Counted from the first letter of the whole stretch, positions 43,263 to 56,680 are shown. The stretch is 63,109 nucleotides of DNA, filler included, from 9 parts of 9 records of this genome joined end to end with filler, not necessarily neighbours in it, one strand, 5' to 3'. Numbers and translations are program-made. Notes: a model not told the origin generated them from the sequence alone.

Positions 43263-45251
43263 ATGAAACAAATACTAAAGGCTTTTCTTTTTTTGTTTTG
43301 CTCACAGCAACAAGCATTTCAGCGGATGTCAGGCTCCCGGCAATCTTCGGCGACAATATGGTTTTGCAACAGCAGATGGAGGTTCCTGTTTGGGGATTGG
43401 CCGGACCGAATGAACGCATCACTGTGGCCGGCAGTTGGGATGATTCCATTGTTTCGACAAAAGCCGGTCCAGATGGAAGATGGCGGGCAAAAGTCAAGAC
43501 GCCGAAAGCTTCCGGCCCCTATGCGTTAACCATTCAAGGCGAAAATAAGATCACGCTGGAAAATATTTTGATTGGGGAGGTCTGGATTTGTTCGGGGCAG
43601 TCCAATATGGAGATGGGTCTACAGGAGGAGAGTTGGCAAAAAGGCATATTAAATTATAAAACTGAAATTGCCTCGGCCGGCTATCCAGATATTCGTTTAT
43701 TTACGGTTCCCAAAGTAGCTGCCGAAGCACCGCAAGAAGACTGCATCGGCTCGTGGTCGGAATGTTCTGCTCAATCAGTTTCGCGTTTTAGTGCAACAGC
43801 TTACTTTTTTGGTCGCAAATTGTATAAAGAACTTGGTGTTCCGATTGGTTTGATACATGTTTCGTGGGGAGGCAGTGCAGCTGAAGCCTGGATGAGCCAT
43901 GAGGCTTTAAAGGGATTCCCGGAATTTGCGGGCGCGATTGATGTGATCAAGAAGGGGGACTTTGAGGCTTCTAAAAAAGAGTACGAAGAAAAACTTGCCG
44001 GCTGGTGGGAGTCTGTGAATACCTCGGATTCAGGGATGCTCCATCGCTGGCAGCGGCCCCAAACCGAGACTTTGGACTGGAAGACCATGTCCATTCCGCA
44101 GCTTTGGGAGAAAACACCCGGCATGGAAGGCCTTGACGGGGTGGTTTGGTTCAAAAAAAACGTGAATATTCCTCAAGGCTGGACAGGTAACGATCTGGCA
44201 CTTGAGACCGGCCCTATTGATGATATGGATGTCATTTGGTTCAATGGCCATAAGATTGGGGAGCACCTGGAGCCTGGATACTGGGATGTGCCGAGAAAGT
44301 ATAAGGTTCCTGCATCTGTCGTGCAATCCGGCATAAACATAATGACCGTTCGGGTTGTGGACAATACAGGTTCCGGCGGTCTATGGGGTACAGACGGTCA
44401 ATATGTGATTCGGCCGTCAGATAAAAGTGATAAGCCGATATCTATTGCAGGTGATTGGTTTTGTAAAATCGGATTGGATATGGCCGGGAGGCTGCCGATG
44501 CCGACCGCTCCGATGGCAGCAAAGGATCAGTATGCACCGACCTTGCTTTATAACGGGATGCTGTCGGCGGTTATGCCTTATGGGATGCAAGGCGTCATCT
44601 GGTATCAAGGGGAAACCAATACGGGACGGGCTTATCAATATCGCAAGCTTTTTCCTGCATTGATCCGCAACTGGCGGAATGATTGGGGGCAGGGGGATTT
44701 TCCATTCTACTTCGTACAAATTGCTCCCTACAACTACGGGACTGAAGGCATTTGCCCTGAGCTTCAGGAGGCTCAGATGATGACGCTTTCGACAGTTCAT
44801 AATACCGGAATGGCGGTGACGGCCGACATCGGAAATGTTAACGATATCCATCCGCGAAACAAACAACTTGTAGGACAGCGGCTGGCCTTATGGGCATTGG
44901 CCAGAACCTACCTTCATGATATCGTCTATTCCGGGCCGTTGTATAAATCGATGCAGATAGAGGGAGAGAAGATTCGACTGGTCTTTGATCAGACGAGTTC
45001 CGGTTTGATGTCTCTCGGAGGTCCCTTTGGCCGAATTTATGATTGCAGGGGAGGATCAAGAATTCGTTCCGGCTCAGGCCGAAATCGATAACAATACGAT
45101 TGTTGTTTCCAGCGATCTCGTCAATAATCCGGTGGCTGTTCGATACGCATGGTCCAATACCGCAGTCGGCAACCTCTATAATCTCGATATGCTGCCGGCT
45201 TCGTCCTTTCGGACAGATGACTGGCCCGGTGTGACATTTAACAACAAATGA
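43263..45251 (+). CDS. Sialate O-acetylesterase (SASA) family protein (frameshifts at about 43290 and 45025)
   Basis: [52 protein letters not shown]. Confidence 0.9.
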
Positions 45252-45330
45252 CGGCAGGTTTTTGTCTTCCTTGCCAGAGACAAAAAAATCTCATTTTCAA
45301 CCGCAAAGCAGATTTTGGGATGACTTCTAT

Positions 45331-46372
45331 TTAAAGTGCTTTGGTTGATCCGCGAATCACCAATTCGCAATCGATAACCGTGCGTATATGTTTAGACGCG
45401 GTTTGCTTTTTGTTATTTAAGCGATCCATCAATAAAGTGACGGCTTCTACTCCAATTTCGCGAGGTTTTTGCCGCACGGTTGTCAGGGTAGGATGCAACA
45501 GTTGGGCAAGGTCATGTGAATCGCTAAAACCGACAACCGAGAGATCTTCTGGAATTCGAATATTCATTTCATACGCAATTTTGTAAATTTCAAAAGCAAC
45601 CCAGTCAGCAAAAGCAAAAATTGCAGTTGGCTCTTTATTCAGAAGTTTCTTTACTGCTTCGGGGATCTCATCTACATTATCTGAACCCACTTCTGTAATG
45701 CATGTAACATCAGGATAAGCCGCGAGCTTTTTTTCAAAATACTTGCGTCGCAGGCTTGCCCATGCCCATTCCTGATGGCCTGCCAGATGTCCGATACGTC
45801 GGTGTCCCAGGTCGTAGAGGTGTCGGGCGACCAGTTCTGAGCCAAGTCTTTCATTGGTTGCGACAGAGTCTGAAAAATCAAGTTCATTGTCGATTGTTAC
45901 GACTGGCATATCTCGTGATTCAAGTTCATCCAAGTGTTCCCCGTATTCTTCACTGACTCTGGGCCAGAGGATGATGCCGTCTACGCGGCGATCAATTAAA
46001 CGGTGCATCTGCTCAAGCATGAATTTTTTTCTGTCCTCTAAAGAGAGATTGAACTCATACTCATCCCACAGCATCATTCCAGCGTAATCATATTTGACGA
46101 GTGTGTCATGGATTCCTTTCAGAACGGTCGACCAGTAAGAGTTATAGGGGGGCACCATGACCCCAATATTTCCAGTTTTTCCGGTTTGGATACCTTTGAT
46201 CAGCAAATTCGGGCGATAGCCATGTTTATTAGCGTAAGCCATAACCCTTTCGCGTGTTTCGGGGGAAATCTCACCTTTATTACGAAGGACCCTTGATACT
46301 GTCGTTATTGACACATCCAAGGCATCGGCAATCTGCTTTAAGCTGATTTGTGTTTTCCGCGTGTTTTTTCAT
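45331..46372 (-). CDS. LacI-family regulator (frameshift near the start, in an A run)
   Basis: LKQIADALDVSITTVSRVL, YRPN, GHRRI, IPEDLSVVGF, LTTVRQ, LVIRGST. Confidence 0.9.
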
Positions 46373-46721
46373 AAAAACTCCTGTGTACAGGTATGACATG
46401 CCCTGATGTGGCGGGGGCAAAACTGACTCTAATTTCAAAAAGCTAAATTATTATATAAAAAAAGTATATATTTGACGAATAAATTATGAATTTAAAAGCT
46501 GAAGGCTTGATTTAAGACGTATCTTATCTACAAGGGGGCTTGTTTGTGCGAAAACTTCAGACTGATGCTGTATTTCGACAGAACAACAGGACATATATTT
46601 ACGCAAATATTAATTTAAGTTAATTCTCTTGATTCTCTGCCGGTAACCAATTATACTTATACAAGTAGGCTTAAGGGATGAACTAATTAGAAGATATGTA
46701 ATGGATTTGGAGGTATCGGTC

Positions 46722-47157
46722 ATGGTGCCACGAAAAGGTTTTACGTTAATTGAATTATTGGTCGTGATTGCGATTATTGCGCTGCTGCTGTCGATTGTTC
46801 TGCCGTCCTTGCGAGCGGCGAAGGAACTGGCCAGCGGTGCGGTTTGTGTTGCCCATCAGCGTCAGTTAAGTATCGCATGGATAGCCTATGCGGACGAGAA
46901 CAGCTCTTATCTCGTTGGCGGTTCCAATTACTATGTCGGAAGCTATGCAACGCCTTACCGCTGGGTGGAATATCCGTTGTACAATGATACCGACAATCCC
47001 GGTCCTCCGAATAATGATCCGAGGCCGCCCGAGGCTGACTATACTCTGGAATACCGCCTTAACGGCATTCGCGCCGGCGAGCTTTTTCCCTATACGGGCG
47101 ATGTCGATCTGTATCATTGTCCGGGTGATAGAAATATTACCAAGCCCGAACCCGAGG
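46722..47157 (+). CDS. Prepilin-type N-terminal cleavage/methylation protein, planctomycete type (3'-partial)
   Basis: KGFTLIELLVVIAIIALL.SI.LPSL..AK...C...RQ...Y, YHCP.D. Confidence 0.9.
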
Positions 47158-47257
47158 NNNNNNNNNNNNNNNNNNNNNNNNNNNNNNNNNNNNNNNNNNN
47201 NTTAATTAATTAANNNNNNNNNNNNNNNNNNNNNNNNNNNNNNNNNNNNNNNNNNNN

Positions 47258-49311
47258 AGACAAATTATTTTATGCTGAATCATCCTTTTTCTCAATTTTT
47301 AATTTCCCTTTGCTTGAGGGGCAGGTAAATAATGAAATTCTGGATGTAAACAAAGTCGTTATTTCTGAAAGTGCTGCAAAACGCTATTTTGGAGATAAAA
47401 GTCCGATCGGAGAATACATCATATTTAACGGAAATGAAAAGTATTTTGTCTCGGCAGTGGCTAAAAATGCACCGGAAAACTCGCACCTAAAATTTGATAT
47501 TTTACTTTCCTATGAGAATCTGATTAATCAGGTTCCTTATTTTGATGACGGATGGTTTATGGAAGAATTCTACACTTATATCAAACTTGCTCAAGGAGTT
47601 GATTTTAGATCTGTTGAGGATAAAATCCCTAGTTTAGTAGAACAGCATCTGGGTGATTTTATGAAAGAGGCTTTTTTTCTGGCCGAATTTAAACTTCGCC
47701 CTTTAATGGATATTCATTTGCATTCAAATCTCAAAAATGAACTCGAAGTAAATGGTAGCATTAACCATGTGAAATATATGTCGTTAATTGCTCTGTTAGT
47801 GTTAATTATAGCGTTTATTAACTATGTAAATTTATCTACCTCATATTCAGTTCAAAGAGCTTCTGAGGTCGGCATTCGAAAAGTATTAGGTGCATTTCGC
47901 AAACATTTACTTACCCAGTTTATTACTGAATCGGTAGTTGTAAACATACTGGCATTCTTAATTAGCTTCACACTGGTAATATTACTACTACCGGCATTTA
48001 GAAATCTAACCGGTAGTCCGGTAATTATTCCCTGGTTAATTCTGCCGATTGGAATTTTTTTACTTTTTCTGATAAGCAGTTTAAGCACCGGAACAATACC
48101 CTCGCTTTATTTATCGGGAATTACACCCACCCAGACATTGAAAGGGAAAGGAAAATCAGTAACAAAGGGAATGTCGAAGTTCAGAAATGGATTAGTTGTT
48201 TTTCAGTTTTCAGTATCCGTTATTTTAATTGTAAGTACGATCTTAATTGGAAAAACAAATAACTTTCCTTCAAAACCAAAACCTGGGAATAGATATTAAC
48301 CAAATGTTGATAGTGGAAGGTCCAAAAGCAGTTAACTCTGAAACAGCATCCCTGAAATCGAGTGCTTTTAGAAGTGAAATATTAAAACTTGCAGCAGTTA
48401 ATCAAATCTCTATCTCTTCTAATGTTCCGGGCGAAGAAGTAACTTTTCAGCCAGTTTACGGAAAACTAATTGCCAGTGTAAATACAGAGAAAAAAATTAG
48501 AATGATAGGTATCGACCAACACTTTTTCAAAACCTATGATTTACAGCTATTGGCAGGTCGTAACTTCGATAAAAACTATAGTGAAAAAATCAGAGAAGTA
48601 ATTTTAAATGAATCCGCTTTGGAATATTTGGGATTTTCGAATGCGGAAGAAGCTATTGGCCAGGAGTTAACCGGCGACCAGGGAGAAGCTCGTGTAATTG
48701 GTGTGATAAATGACTACAACCAGAAATCGCTTCGCGAAAAACCAGGACCTATGATGTTCTGCAATCGGGTTCAAAATAATTATTACTCCTTAAAAATAAA
48801 TTCAGCACAGGTGAGTCTGGTGATTTCAGAAATAGAAAAACAGTGGAATATAAAATTTGCAGGGAATCCATTAAATTACTTTTTTCTTGATGATTATTTT
48901 AATACTCAGTATAATGCCGATAAAAAATTTGGTTCACTGTTTTTAATTTTCTCCTTACTAGCCATTTTTATTGCATGTCTTGGATTATTGGGATTGTCAG
49001 CCTATTCAACAGCTCAACGTACAAAAGAGATTGGTGTTCGAAAAGTAAATGGAGCCAGAACAAGCGAAGTTCTGGCAATGTTAAACAGAGACTTTATAAA
49101 ATGGGTAGTTATTTCCTTTGCTGTAGCAACTCCGGTTTCATACTATGTTATGTATAGGTGGCTCGAAAACTTCGCCTATAAAACAAATTTAAGCTGGTGG
49201 ATATTTGCCTTATCTGGATTGCTGGCTTTGGGTATTGCGTTGTTAACTGTAAGCTGGCAGAGTTGGCGGGCAGCTACTCGTAATCCGGTAGAGGCACTGA
49301 GGTATGAATAA
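47258..49311 (+). CDS. FtsX/MacB-family ABC permease (5'-partial; frameshift at about 48250)
   Basis: DIHLHS, INYVNL, EVGIRKVLGA, VFQF, RTKEIGVRKVNGA, NPVEALRYE. Confidence 0.9.
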
Positions 49312-49372
49312 TTAAAAGTACTACTTCTTAGTTGCGGCACAAAGAGGTATTGATAATAAAAAATGGTGTAAT

Positions 49373-51739
49373 ATGTATACAAGAATTTGGAAAATTGCAA
49401 TACGTAATATTTTAAAAAACAAGCTTTTTTCAGCAATCAATATTATAGGACTTACAGTTGGATTTGTTGGTTTTATGATTGTTACCTTGTTTCTCAGATA
49501 CGAATTGAGTTGGGATAGTACCCATGAACAATATGAAAATATTTATCGTGTTCAGGAGTTTAAGACAAATGCAGTAACTCTGGGCAATGGTACAGATATA
49601 TCTCCTCATACTCTTATTATTACGGCTTCGCTATTAGAACAACATCCTGAATTTGAGAAAGTATCAGTTATTCGTGAAGAGGAAGGTAAGTTCCTTTCAA
49701 TAACTCCAGAAAACCAACTTTATGATGAAACCGGAATTATAGCAGACCACAATTTTTTAGATATTTTTTCATACCAGTTTTCTGAAGGAACGCAAGCAGG
49801 AGCATTATCGGAACCGTTCTCAATTATTTTATCGAAAACGATGGCAGATAAATTATTTGAAAATGAGAACGCAATTGGAAAGAGTGTTATTTATGAGAAG
49901 AAAGTGAACTTGAAAGTGACAGGAGTATATGCCGATTTACCTAAAAACTCAACGGTTCGCCCAGCATACATTATTTCCTTTTCTACCTTAAAAAGTACTC
50001 ATAATATTGACAGAAGCGAAAGTTGGCAAGGAAATGTAATGACCTATGTCCTCTTAAAACCGGGAACGGATGTACAAGCAGTTGAAGCAAAAATTAAAGA
50101 TTCATATAAAGAATTTAAACGACGCGAGTTTGTTGAGCTCCAGCTTTGTCCACTTTCTAAAATTTATCTGGGTTTTAATGGTCAAAGAGATATTTATATT
50201 GTGCTATTCTTTATGGGGTTGATAGCTTTGTTTATTCTTTTAATGTCGGCTTTTAATTATGTGAATTTTACAATTGCAACAGCATCAACACGTGGGAAAG
50301 AGGTTGCTGTTCGGAAATTGGTTGGTGCAGGTCGGTTCTCATTAGCATCTCAGTTTCAGCTAGAGACATTATTATTGACACTAGCAGCTTCTGCAATTGC
50401 ATTAATTGCTGTGAAGTTACTGTTGCCAGTATATAACTCGTTTATCAATTCCGATATAACACTATCATTATCGAATGATTTGGGGACAATTTCGATTCTA
50501 GTACTTTGCTCCTTGGTAATTGGATTGTTATCTGGAATATACCCTGCAAAAGTTATTGCTTCACGGCAAATCGTAAAGTTAATTAAAGAAGGTATGTTTG
50601 TTTCTGCAGGTGCTAAATTTGATGTTAAAAAAGTATTGGTAGCGTTGCAGTTTACCATTTCCATTTTTTTAATTTGTTTCACTTTATTTATGGTAGTTCA
50701 GGTAAATTACATGGCTACTAAAGACTTAGGATTTGACAGGCACAATGTTCTTTTTGCCAAATTATCTACTGTGCAAACGAATCAGTATTTCGAACCTATC
50801 AGAAATCGGCTTCTACAGCATCCTGAAATTACAAATGCCTCGATGTCATCTTCATTACCTTTTGTAAATAATCCTGGAGGAATGCTCAACTGGGAAGGAA
50901 GTAATTCAACAGTAAAAACCTTATACCGTCCAAATTGGGTAACAGAAGATTTTATTGATAACATGGATTTGAAGATAGTACAGGGAAGAAATTTTTCGAA
51001 ACAATTTTCTGCTGATAACAATAAGTCTTGTATCATAAATGAAGCCGCCCTGAGGGTTTTCAAATGGGATGACCCTATTGGCAAACGTATTAAAGATAAT
51101 CAATGGACGATAATAGGGGTTGTAGAAGACTACCACTTATCCGATATTCATAATCCTATTGATCCGGCGGTACTGTTACTGTCATCAGGTAAAATCACGG
51201 GTGATTTAACATTTGCGTTTCGTTATTCAAATGGTAATTTAAATAAAGTAAAACAACTATTAACAGCAGAATTCAATGCAATTTTCCCAAACGATCCTTT
51301 CGAATTTAATAATATTGAACGAGCTATACAGACAGAAAATAGTTTTAAAATATATCAGAAGATAAAAAAATCAATCCTCTTTTTTACCGTATTCATTATT
51401 CTGTTAACCATTTTTGCTTTGTTAGGAATGGTTTCTTATACAACATTACGTCGAACGAAAGAAATAGGTGTTCGTAAGATTAATGGAAGTTCAGTTAAAA
51501 ATATTTTTTTACTTTTAAACCGAAGTTACTTTATTTTACTGGGAATATCTTTAGTAATTGCTTTACCTCTATCATATGCATTGTATGACGCTTTGCCTGG
51601 AACCTTTAAAATACCACCACCTATTTGGATGCCTTTTTTTGCAGCATTTATTATTTTGGTAATCATAATTTTGAGCACTGGGTTACAAACAATTAAAGCT
51701 GCTACCAGGAACCCCGTTGAAGCCTTAAGGTATGAGTGA
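49373..51739 (+). CDS. FtsX/MacB-family ABC permease
   Basis: 788 aa; KIAIRN..KNK.FS.INI.GL, RRTKEIGVRKING, NPVEALRYE. Confidence 0.92.
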   Translation: MYTRIWKIAIRNILKNKLFSAINIIGLTVGFVGFMIVTLFLRYELSWDSTHEQYENIYRVQEFKTNAVTLGNGTDISPHTLIITASLLEQHPEFEKVSVIREEEGKFLSITPENQLYDETGIIADHNFLDIFSYQFSEGTQAGALSEPFSIILSKTMADKLFENENAIGKSVIYEKKVNLKVTGVYADLPKNSTVRPAYIISFSTLKSTHNIDRSESWQGNVMTYVLLKPGTDVQAVEAKIKDSYKEFKRREFVELQLCPLSKIYLGFNGQRDIYIVLFFMGLIALFILLMSAFNYVNFTIATASTRGKEVAVRKLVGAGRFSLASQFQLETLLLTLAASAIALIAVKLLLPVYNSFINSDITLSLSNDLGTISILVLCSLVIGLLSGIYPAKVIASRQIVKLIKEGMFVSAGAKFDVKKVLVALQFTISIFLICFTLFMVVQVNYMATKDLGFDRHNVLFAKLSTVQTNQYFEPIRNRLLQHPEITNASMSSSLPFVNNPGGMLNWEGSNSTVKTLYRPNWVTEDFIDNMDLKIVQGRNFSKQFSADNNKSCIINEAALRVFKWDDPIGKRIKDNQWTIIGVVEDYHLSDIHNPIDPAVLLLSSGKITGDLTFAFRYSNGNLNKVKQLLTAEFNAIFPNDPFEFNNIERAIQTENSFKIYQKIKKSILFFTVFIILLTIFALLGMVSYTTLRRTKEIGVRKINGSSVKNIFLLLNRSYFILLGISLVIALPLSYALYDALPGTFKIPPPIWMPFFAAFIILVIIILSTGLQTIKAATRNPVEALRYE

Positions 51740-51786
51740 TTCTAATGATAATTAGACGTGAATTGATAAAAGAAAACAAACAACCT

Positions 51787-52615
51787 ATGCTTAAACACAA
51801 TTTAAAAATTGCTTTTAGAAACCAAGCAAAAAACAAAGTCTTCTCGATTATTAATGTAGTTGGATTAGCCATTGGATTGGCCGTTTCTGTGCTAATTATT
51901 AACTACGTGAGTTTTGAATTTAGTTTTGATGAATTTCATACTAAAAAAATCAAATATACCGGGTAGAAAGCCAATTCTTCGAAGGTGATGCTTTAACCGA
52001 TGACTGGGGAACCAGCTCATTTGGTTATGGAAGTGCGATTAGTAATGAAATGACTGGAATAGAAGATTACGTGCGAATAGGTGTTCAAAACACGGAACAG
52101 ACTGTAAGTTATCAAGAAAAACGAAGTCGTGAAACAGGTATTGCGTATTCTGGCCCTTCTTTATTTTCTGTTTTTGATTTTAAATTAAAGCAAGGTGTAT
52201 TGCAAAATCAGTTAAAGCGGCCTAACACAGTTGTAATTACTGAGGATGTTGCTCAACGTTTTTTTAAGAAAGAAAGCCCTATCGGAAAGATGTTGACATT
52301 TGCTACCGGATCATCCTTTAGGGAATGTGAGGTAACTGGTGTGCTTGAAAATTTCCCGCAAAATTCTCATATTAGATTTAATTACCTTATTTCGTACGAG
52401 ACTTTGCCAAATTGGATGAAAGACTTCTGGTATCTGCATGAAGCTTACACTTATCTGCTTTTGTCTCCAGGGAAAAATCCCAAAGAGATTGAAGATCAAT
52501 TCCCCGAAATGGCTGAGAAATATAAAACAAACGATGCATTAAAAAATAAAAAATGGGCAGTATCTCTTGTCCCGTTAAAGGACATACACTTAAATCCTCA
52601 GAAGCAATATGAACG
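51787..52615 (+). CDS. FtsX/MacB-family ABC permease (3'-partial; frameshift at about 51945)
   Basis: MLKHNLKIAFRN, INVVGLAIG, PL.DIHL. Confidence 0.88.
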
Positions 52616-52715
52616 NNNNNNNNNNNNNNNNNNNNNNNNNNNNNNNNNNNNNNNNNNNNTTAATTAATTAANNNNNNNNNNNNNNNNNNNNNNNNNNNNN
52701 NNNNNNNNNNNNNNN

Positions 52716-54529
52716 ACATCAACCATACCTTTGTCTTCAACCTCTTCGATTGTAATGGTAGCCCCTGATGTTTGCTGGATATCCTGAATGATTTTTCCAC
52801 CAGGACCAATAACTGCACCAATCATTTCTTTTGGAATTGATATTTGTACCATTCTTGGTGCATGAGGTTTAAGATCTTCACGAGGCTCAGAAATTGTTTC
52901 CAACATTTTATTTAGGATATGCATTCGGCCTTCGTTAGCTTGTTGCAGTGCTTTTTTTAGTACTTCATAAGAAAGCCCGTCAACCTTAATATCCATTTGG
53001 GTCGCAGTAATACCATCTTTGGTTCCTGCTACTTTAAAGTCCATATCTCCTAAGTGGTCTTCATCACCTAAGATATCTGAAAGGATAGCATACTTCTCAG
53101 AATCTTTATCTGTGATAAGCCCCATTGCAATCCCCGATACAGGTTTTTTAATTTTTAATCCGCAGTCCATTAATGACAGGGTTCCTGCGCAAACTGTTGC
53201 CATAGAAGAAGAACCGTTTGATTCCAGAATATCTGAAACAACCCTTACAGCATATGGTACATCTGCTGGCACCATTCTTTTAAGTGCCCTGTGTGCCAGG
53301 TTACCGTGTCCAATCTCACGTCGGCTTAAACCACGACTTGCTTTTGCATCTCCCGTTGAAAATGGAGGGAAATTATAATGAAGAACGAATTTATCTGTTC
53401 CTTGTATTAAAACTTCATCAATTACTTTTTCATCAAGCTTTGTGCCTAAGGTTACAGTGGTTAACGATTGGGTTTCACCACGTGTAAAAATTGCAGAACC
53501 ATGGGCAGCAGGTAAATAATCAACCTCGCACCAAATTGGACGAACCTCGTTGGTAGCACGTCCGTCTAATCGAACAGCTTCGTCAAGAACTAAGCGCCTA
53601 ACAGCTTCCTTCTCAACATCGTGGTAATATCGCTTAATGAGTGCTTCAGGTTTTTCTTCATCTTCCTCAGCAACTTCGTAATTCTCAATGTATTCTTCTA
53701 CAATTGATTCAAAAGCTTCCTGACGTTCTAATTTTGCTTTATTGCTTTTTGCAGCGTCATAAGCTTTTTGATAGGTTTTATCCCAAACATCTTTTCTGAG
53801 ATCTTCGTCATGAACTTCATGGCAATATTCTCTTTTTACAGTTTTGCCAACAGCTTCCATTAATTCTAATTGCACAGCACAATGTTTTTTGATTTCGTCG
53901 TGTGCAATTTTGATGGCTTCTAACATTTCATCTTCTGAAACTTCTTCCATCTCACCTTCAACCATCATGATGTTTTCAGCCGTAGCTCCAACAATAATGT
54001 CAATATCAGATTGTTCAAGTTCTGAGAATGTTGGGTTTACAATAAATTTACCATCAACTCGTCCAACACGAACTTCAGAAATTGGCCCATTGAATGGAAT
54101 ATCTGAAACAGCAAGCGCTGAAGATGCAGCAAGACCTGCTAATGCATCAGGGATAATATCTTTGTCAGCAGAAATAAGTTGGACAGTTACAAATGTTTCT
54201 GCATGAAAATCTTCTGGGAATAGTGGGCGTAACGCTCTATCTACTAACCGCGATACTAAAATTTCATAATCGCCGGGGCGAGCTTCTCTTTTTAGAAAAC
54301 CACCTGGAAACCTTCCGATGGCAGCATATTTTTCTTTGTATTCAACCTGTAAAGGCATGAAATCAACATCTTCTTTTGCTTCTTTTGCGGCTACAACCGT
54401 TGCGAGTAACATTGTGTTACCCATTTTTACAACTACAGAACCGTCTGCTTGTTTAGCTAGTTTTCCAGTTTCTATTTCTATCTTCCTATTTTCATCTAGT
54501 TCGATAGTTTTTTGAATAGCATTATACAT
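52716..54529 (-). CDS. pnp: Polyribonucleotide nucleotidyltransferase (3'-partial)
   Basis: [45 protein letters not shown] motif IGPGGK. Confidence 0.98.
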
Positions 54530-54587
54530 ATATCGAATTTTTTTATAAATATATCTCTAAAGAAGAAACAACATCTTCTTTTATACA

Positions 54588-54621
54588 AAAAAAGGCAATT
54601 AAAATTAATTGCCTTTCTTTT
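54588..54621 (-). terminator. Terminator between rpsO and pnp
   Basis: aaaggcaatt-aaaatt-aattgccttt hairpin with a U tract on the minus strand. Confidence 0.7.
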
Positions 54622-54628
54622 CGTGAAA

Positions 54629-54898
54629 TTATTTTCTTAGTTCGAGCGCTTTTATTATTGCTCTATATCTTTCAATGTCTTTCCGTTTGAGGTAATCAAG
54701 GAGTTGTCTGCGTTTACCAACCAGACGAAGTAGTGCACGTTGCGTGCTAAAATCTTTTTTATTTGCTTTTAGGTGTTGTGTTAAATGGTTGATTCTTGTG
54801 GTAAATAATGCTATTTGCCCTTCAGCTGAACCAGTGTCAGCCTCAGATTTACCATGAGTTTTAAATATTTCTTGTTTCTTTTCTGTTGTTAAATACAT
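54629..54898 (-). CDS. rpsO: 30S ribosomal protein S15
   Basis: [29 protein letters not shown]. Confidence 0.99.
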   Translation of the reverse strand: MYLTTEKKQEIFKTHGKSEADTGSAEGQIALFTTRINHLTQHLKANKKDFSTQRALLRLVGKRRQLLDYLKRKDIERYRAIIKALELRK

Positions 54899-54995
54899 GA
54901 TATCCTAAATATTAAAATCTTTCTAATTAAAAAGAAGTGCAAAAGTATTTAATTTTTTTAATTGACAATAAATGAAACGATAAAAATAAAAATAT

Positions 54996-56024
54996 TTAGT
55001 GGTTTCCATGAACAAGTATATCACGAAGGCTATCTATTTGATTTGATGTGCCTAAAGCGAATATTTTATCGCGTGAGCTTAAGAGAATTTCAGGAAGCGG
55101 ATTAATAACAAATGACTTATCTGCTCTTTTTAGACCAACAATATTAGCACCGGATTCATTTATTTTTTCTAATTCTCTAATTGATTTGCCTTCAAATCGA
55201 TCGGCCATTGCGTAACAGCTAATTTCTTCGAGCGTAACATTCTCAGAGCTTTGTAGCATGATATATTCAAGAAATTCAACAACATCGGGCTGTGTAACTA
55301 ATTTAGCCATACGTTGCCCCCCTATTTTGTCGGGCATAATAATATTGGTTGCCCCAGCACGCTTAAGTTTGCTGTCAGAATGATCTTCTGATGCCCGGCT
55401 GATGACAATTAAATTAGGGTTTCTTTCTTTGGCAGACAATACGACAAATAGATTATCTGCATCAACAGGCAAAGTTGTTATTAATGCTTTTGCATTTTCA
55501 ACACCGCATTGGTCTAAAATATCATCATGAGTTGCGTCACCCTGAATATAAAGCAGATCGGGGATTTGAACGATTTCTTCAAGAGCGTCAGTGTCATTTT
55601 CAATAATAACAACTTGTTCTTTGTGTGTTAACAATTCGGCGACAGCTTGTCTGCCATTTCTTCCATATCCACATACAAGAATATGGTCTTTTAGTCGTCT
55701 TATTTTTCTTCTCACCCTGCTACTTTTAAAATAGTTATGAAAAACACCATCAACTACATATTGTGTAAATGTTGATACTGCATAGGCAAAAATACCAAAA
55801 CTGAAGATGATTAAAAATGAAGTAAACCAAATACCTCCATTAGAGAGAGGGCGAACTTCTTTAAATCCAACGGTAGCAATAGTAATGATGGTCATGAAAA
55901 AGGCCTCGGTAAAAGTATAGCCTTCAATAAGAATATAACCAATATTCCCCGTTATGAGAATACCTATAAGTAAGCTAAATGCTATGATGACTTTGCGGAA
56001 TGTATCGTACTTTCTAAAGGCCAT
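54996..56024 (-). CDS. Potassium channel protein with TrkA-N/RCK domains
   Basis: Selectivity filter TVGF, GYGRNG, GDAT. Confidence 0.92.
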   Translation of the reverse strand: MAFRKYDTFRKVIIAFSLLIGILITGNIGYILIEGYTFTEAFFMTIITIATVGFKEVRPLSNGGIWFTSFLIIFSFGIFAYAVSTFTQYVVDGVFHNYFKSSRVRRKIRRLKDHILVCGYGRNGRQAVAELLTHKEQVVIIENDTDALEEIVQIPDLLYIQGDATHDDILDQCGVENAKALITTLPVDADNLFVVLSAKERNPNLIVISRASEDHSDSKLKRAGATNIIMPDKIGGQRMAKLVTQPDVVEFLEYIMLQSSENVTLEEISCYAMADRFEGKSIRELEKINESGANIVGLKRADKSFVINPLPEILLSSRDKIFALGTSNQIDSLRDILVHGNH

Positions 56025-56126
56025 AAAATGTATCTATTTATTAAAAATACATTTTTCGGTAATAAGTTACAAGTATGATGGCAATATTGAATTTAAGTAA
56101 ACAGTAGTATATTGTTTGGTTTTATT

Positions 56127-56555
56127 CTAGAAGCTTAGTTTGTAAGCAATGATAGCACTGTTTGAGTCTACGTTAATATTAAAACTTGAGTTTTTGGATT
56201 TCTTTTTATCATATATAAAATAATGTAAAACAATTCCTGTTGCAATACCGGCTGCACCAATACTTGCATCAGCCCAGTCCCAGCCATTTCCTTTTAATTT
56301 TTCATCATAAAGTTCTTTGCCAAGTACTGGAATTAAAGTGAGAGATCCTGATAAAGAATATTTTAATCCAAGATTCATGTCCTCATTTATGCTGGTGAGA
56401 ATCATAGTTGATGTAAATGTAATATAAGTTGATACAGTATAATGTAACGTGGGATCAACAATATTTCTCCTTATTTCTTGTAACCTCTCATCTGATTGAC
56501 CAAATGTAACATTGAAAAATAGTGATAATATAAATAATATTTTTAGGATCTTCAT
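56127..56555 (-). CDS. YfiM/DUF2279-like membrane or secreted protein
   Basis: Signal peptide, LH, GKELYD...GWDWAD motif. Confidence 0.55.
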   Translation of the reverse strand: MKILKILFILSLFFNVTFGQSDERLQEIRRNIVDPTLHYTVSTYITFTSTMILTSINEDMNLGLKYSLSGSLTLIPVLGKELYDEKLKGNGWDWADASIGAAGIATGIVLHYFIYDKKKSKNSSFNINVDSNSAIIAYKLSF

Positions 56556-56680
56556 TTTATCATTTTTCGTTAAAAATATATAACCACAATTCAATGGCTA
56601 AGTTTATTTGTTAACTATTTAGTTTTTTTTGATAAAAAGAATAATTCACAAACATGAACAATAACATGAATTGCTTAATC

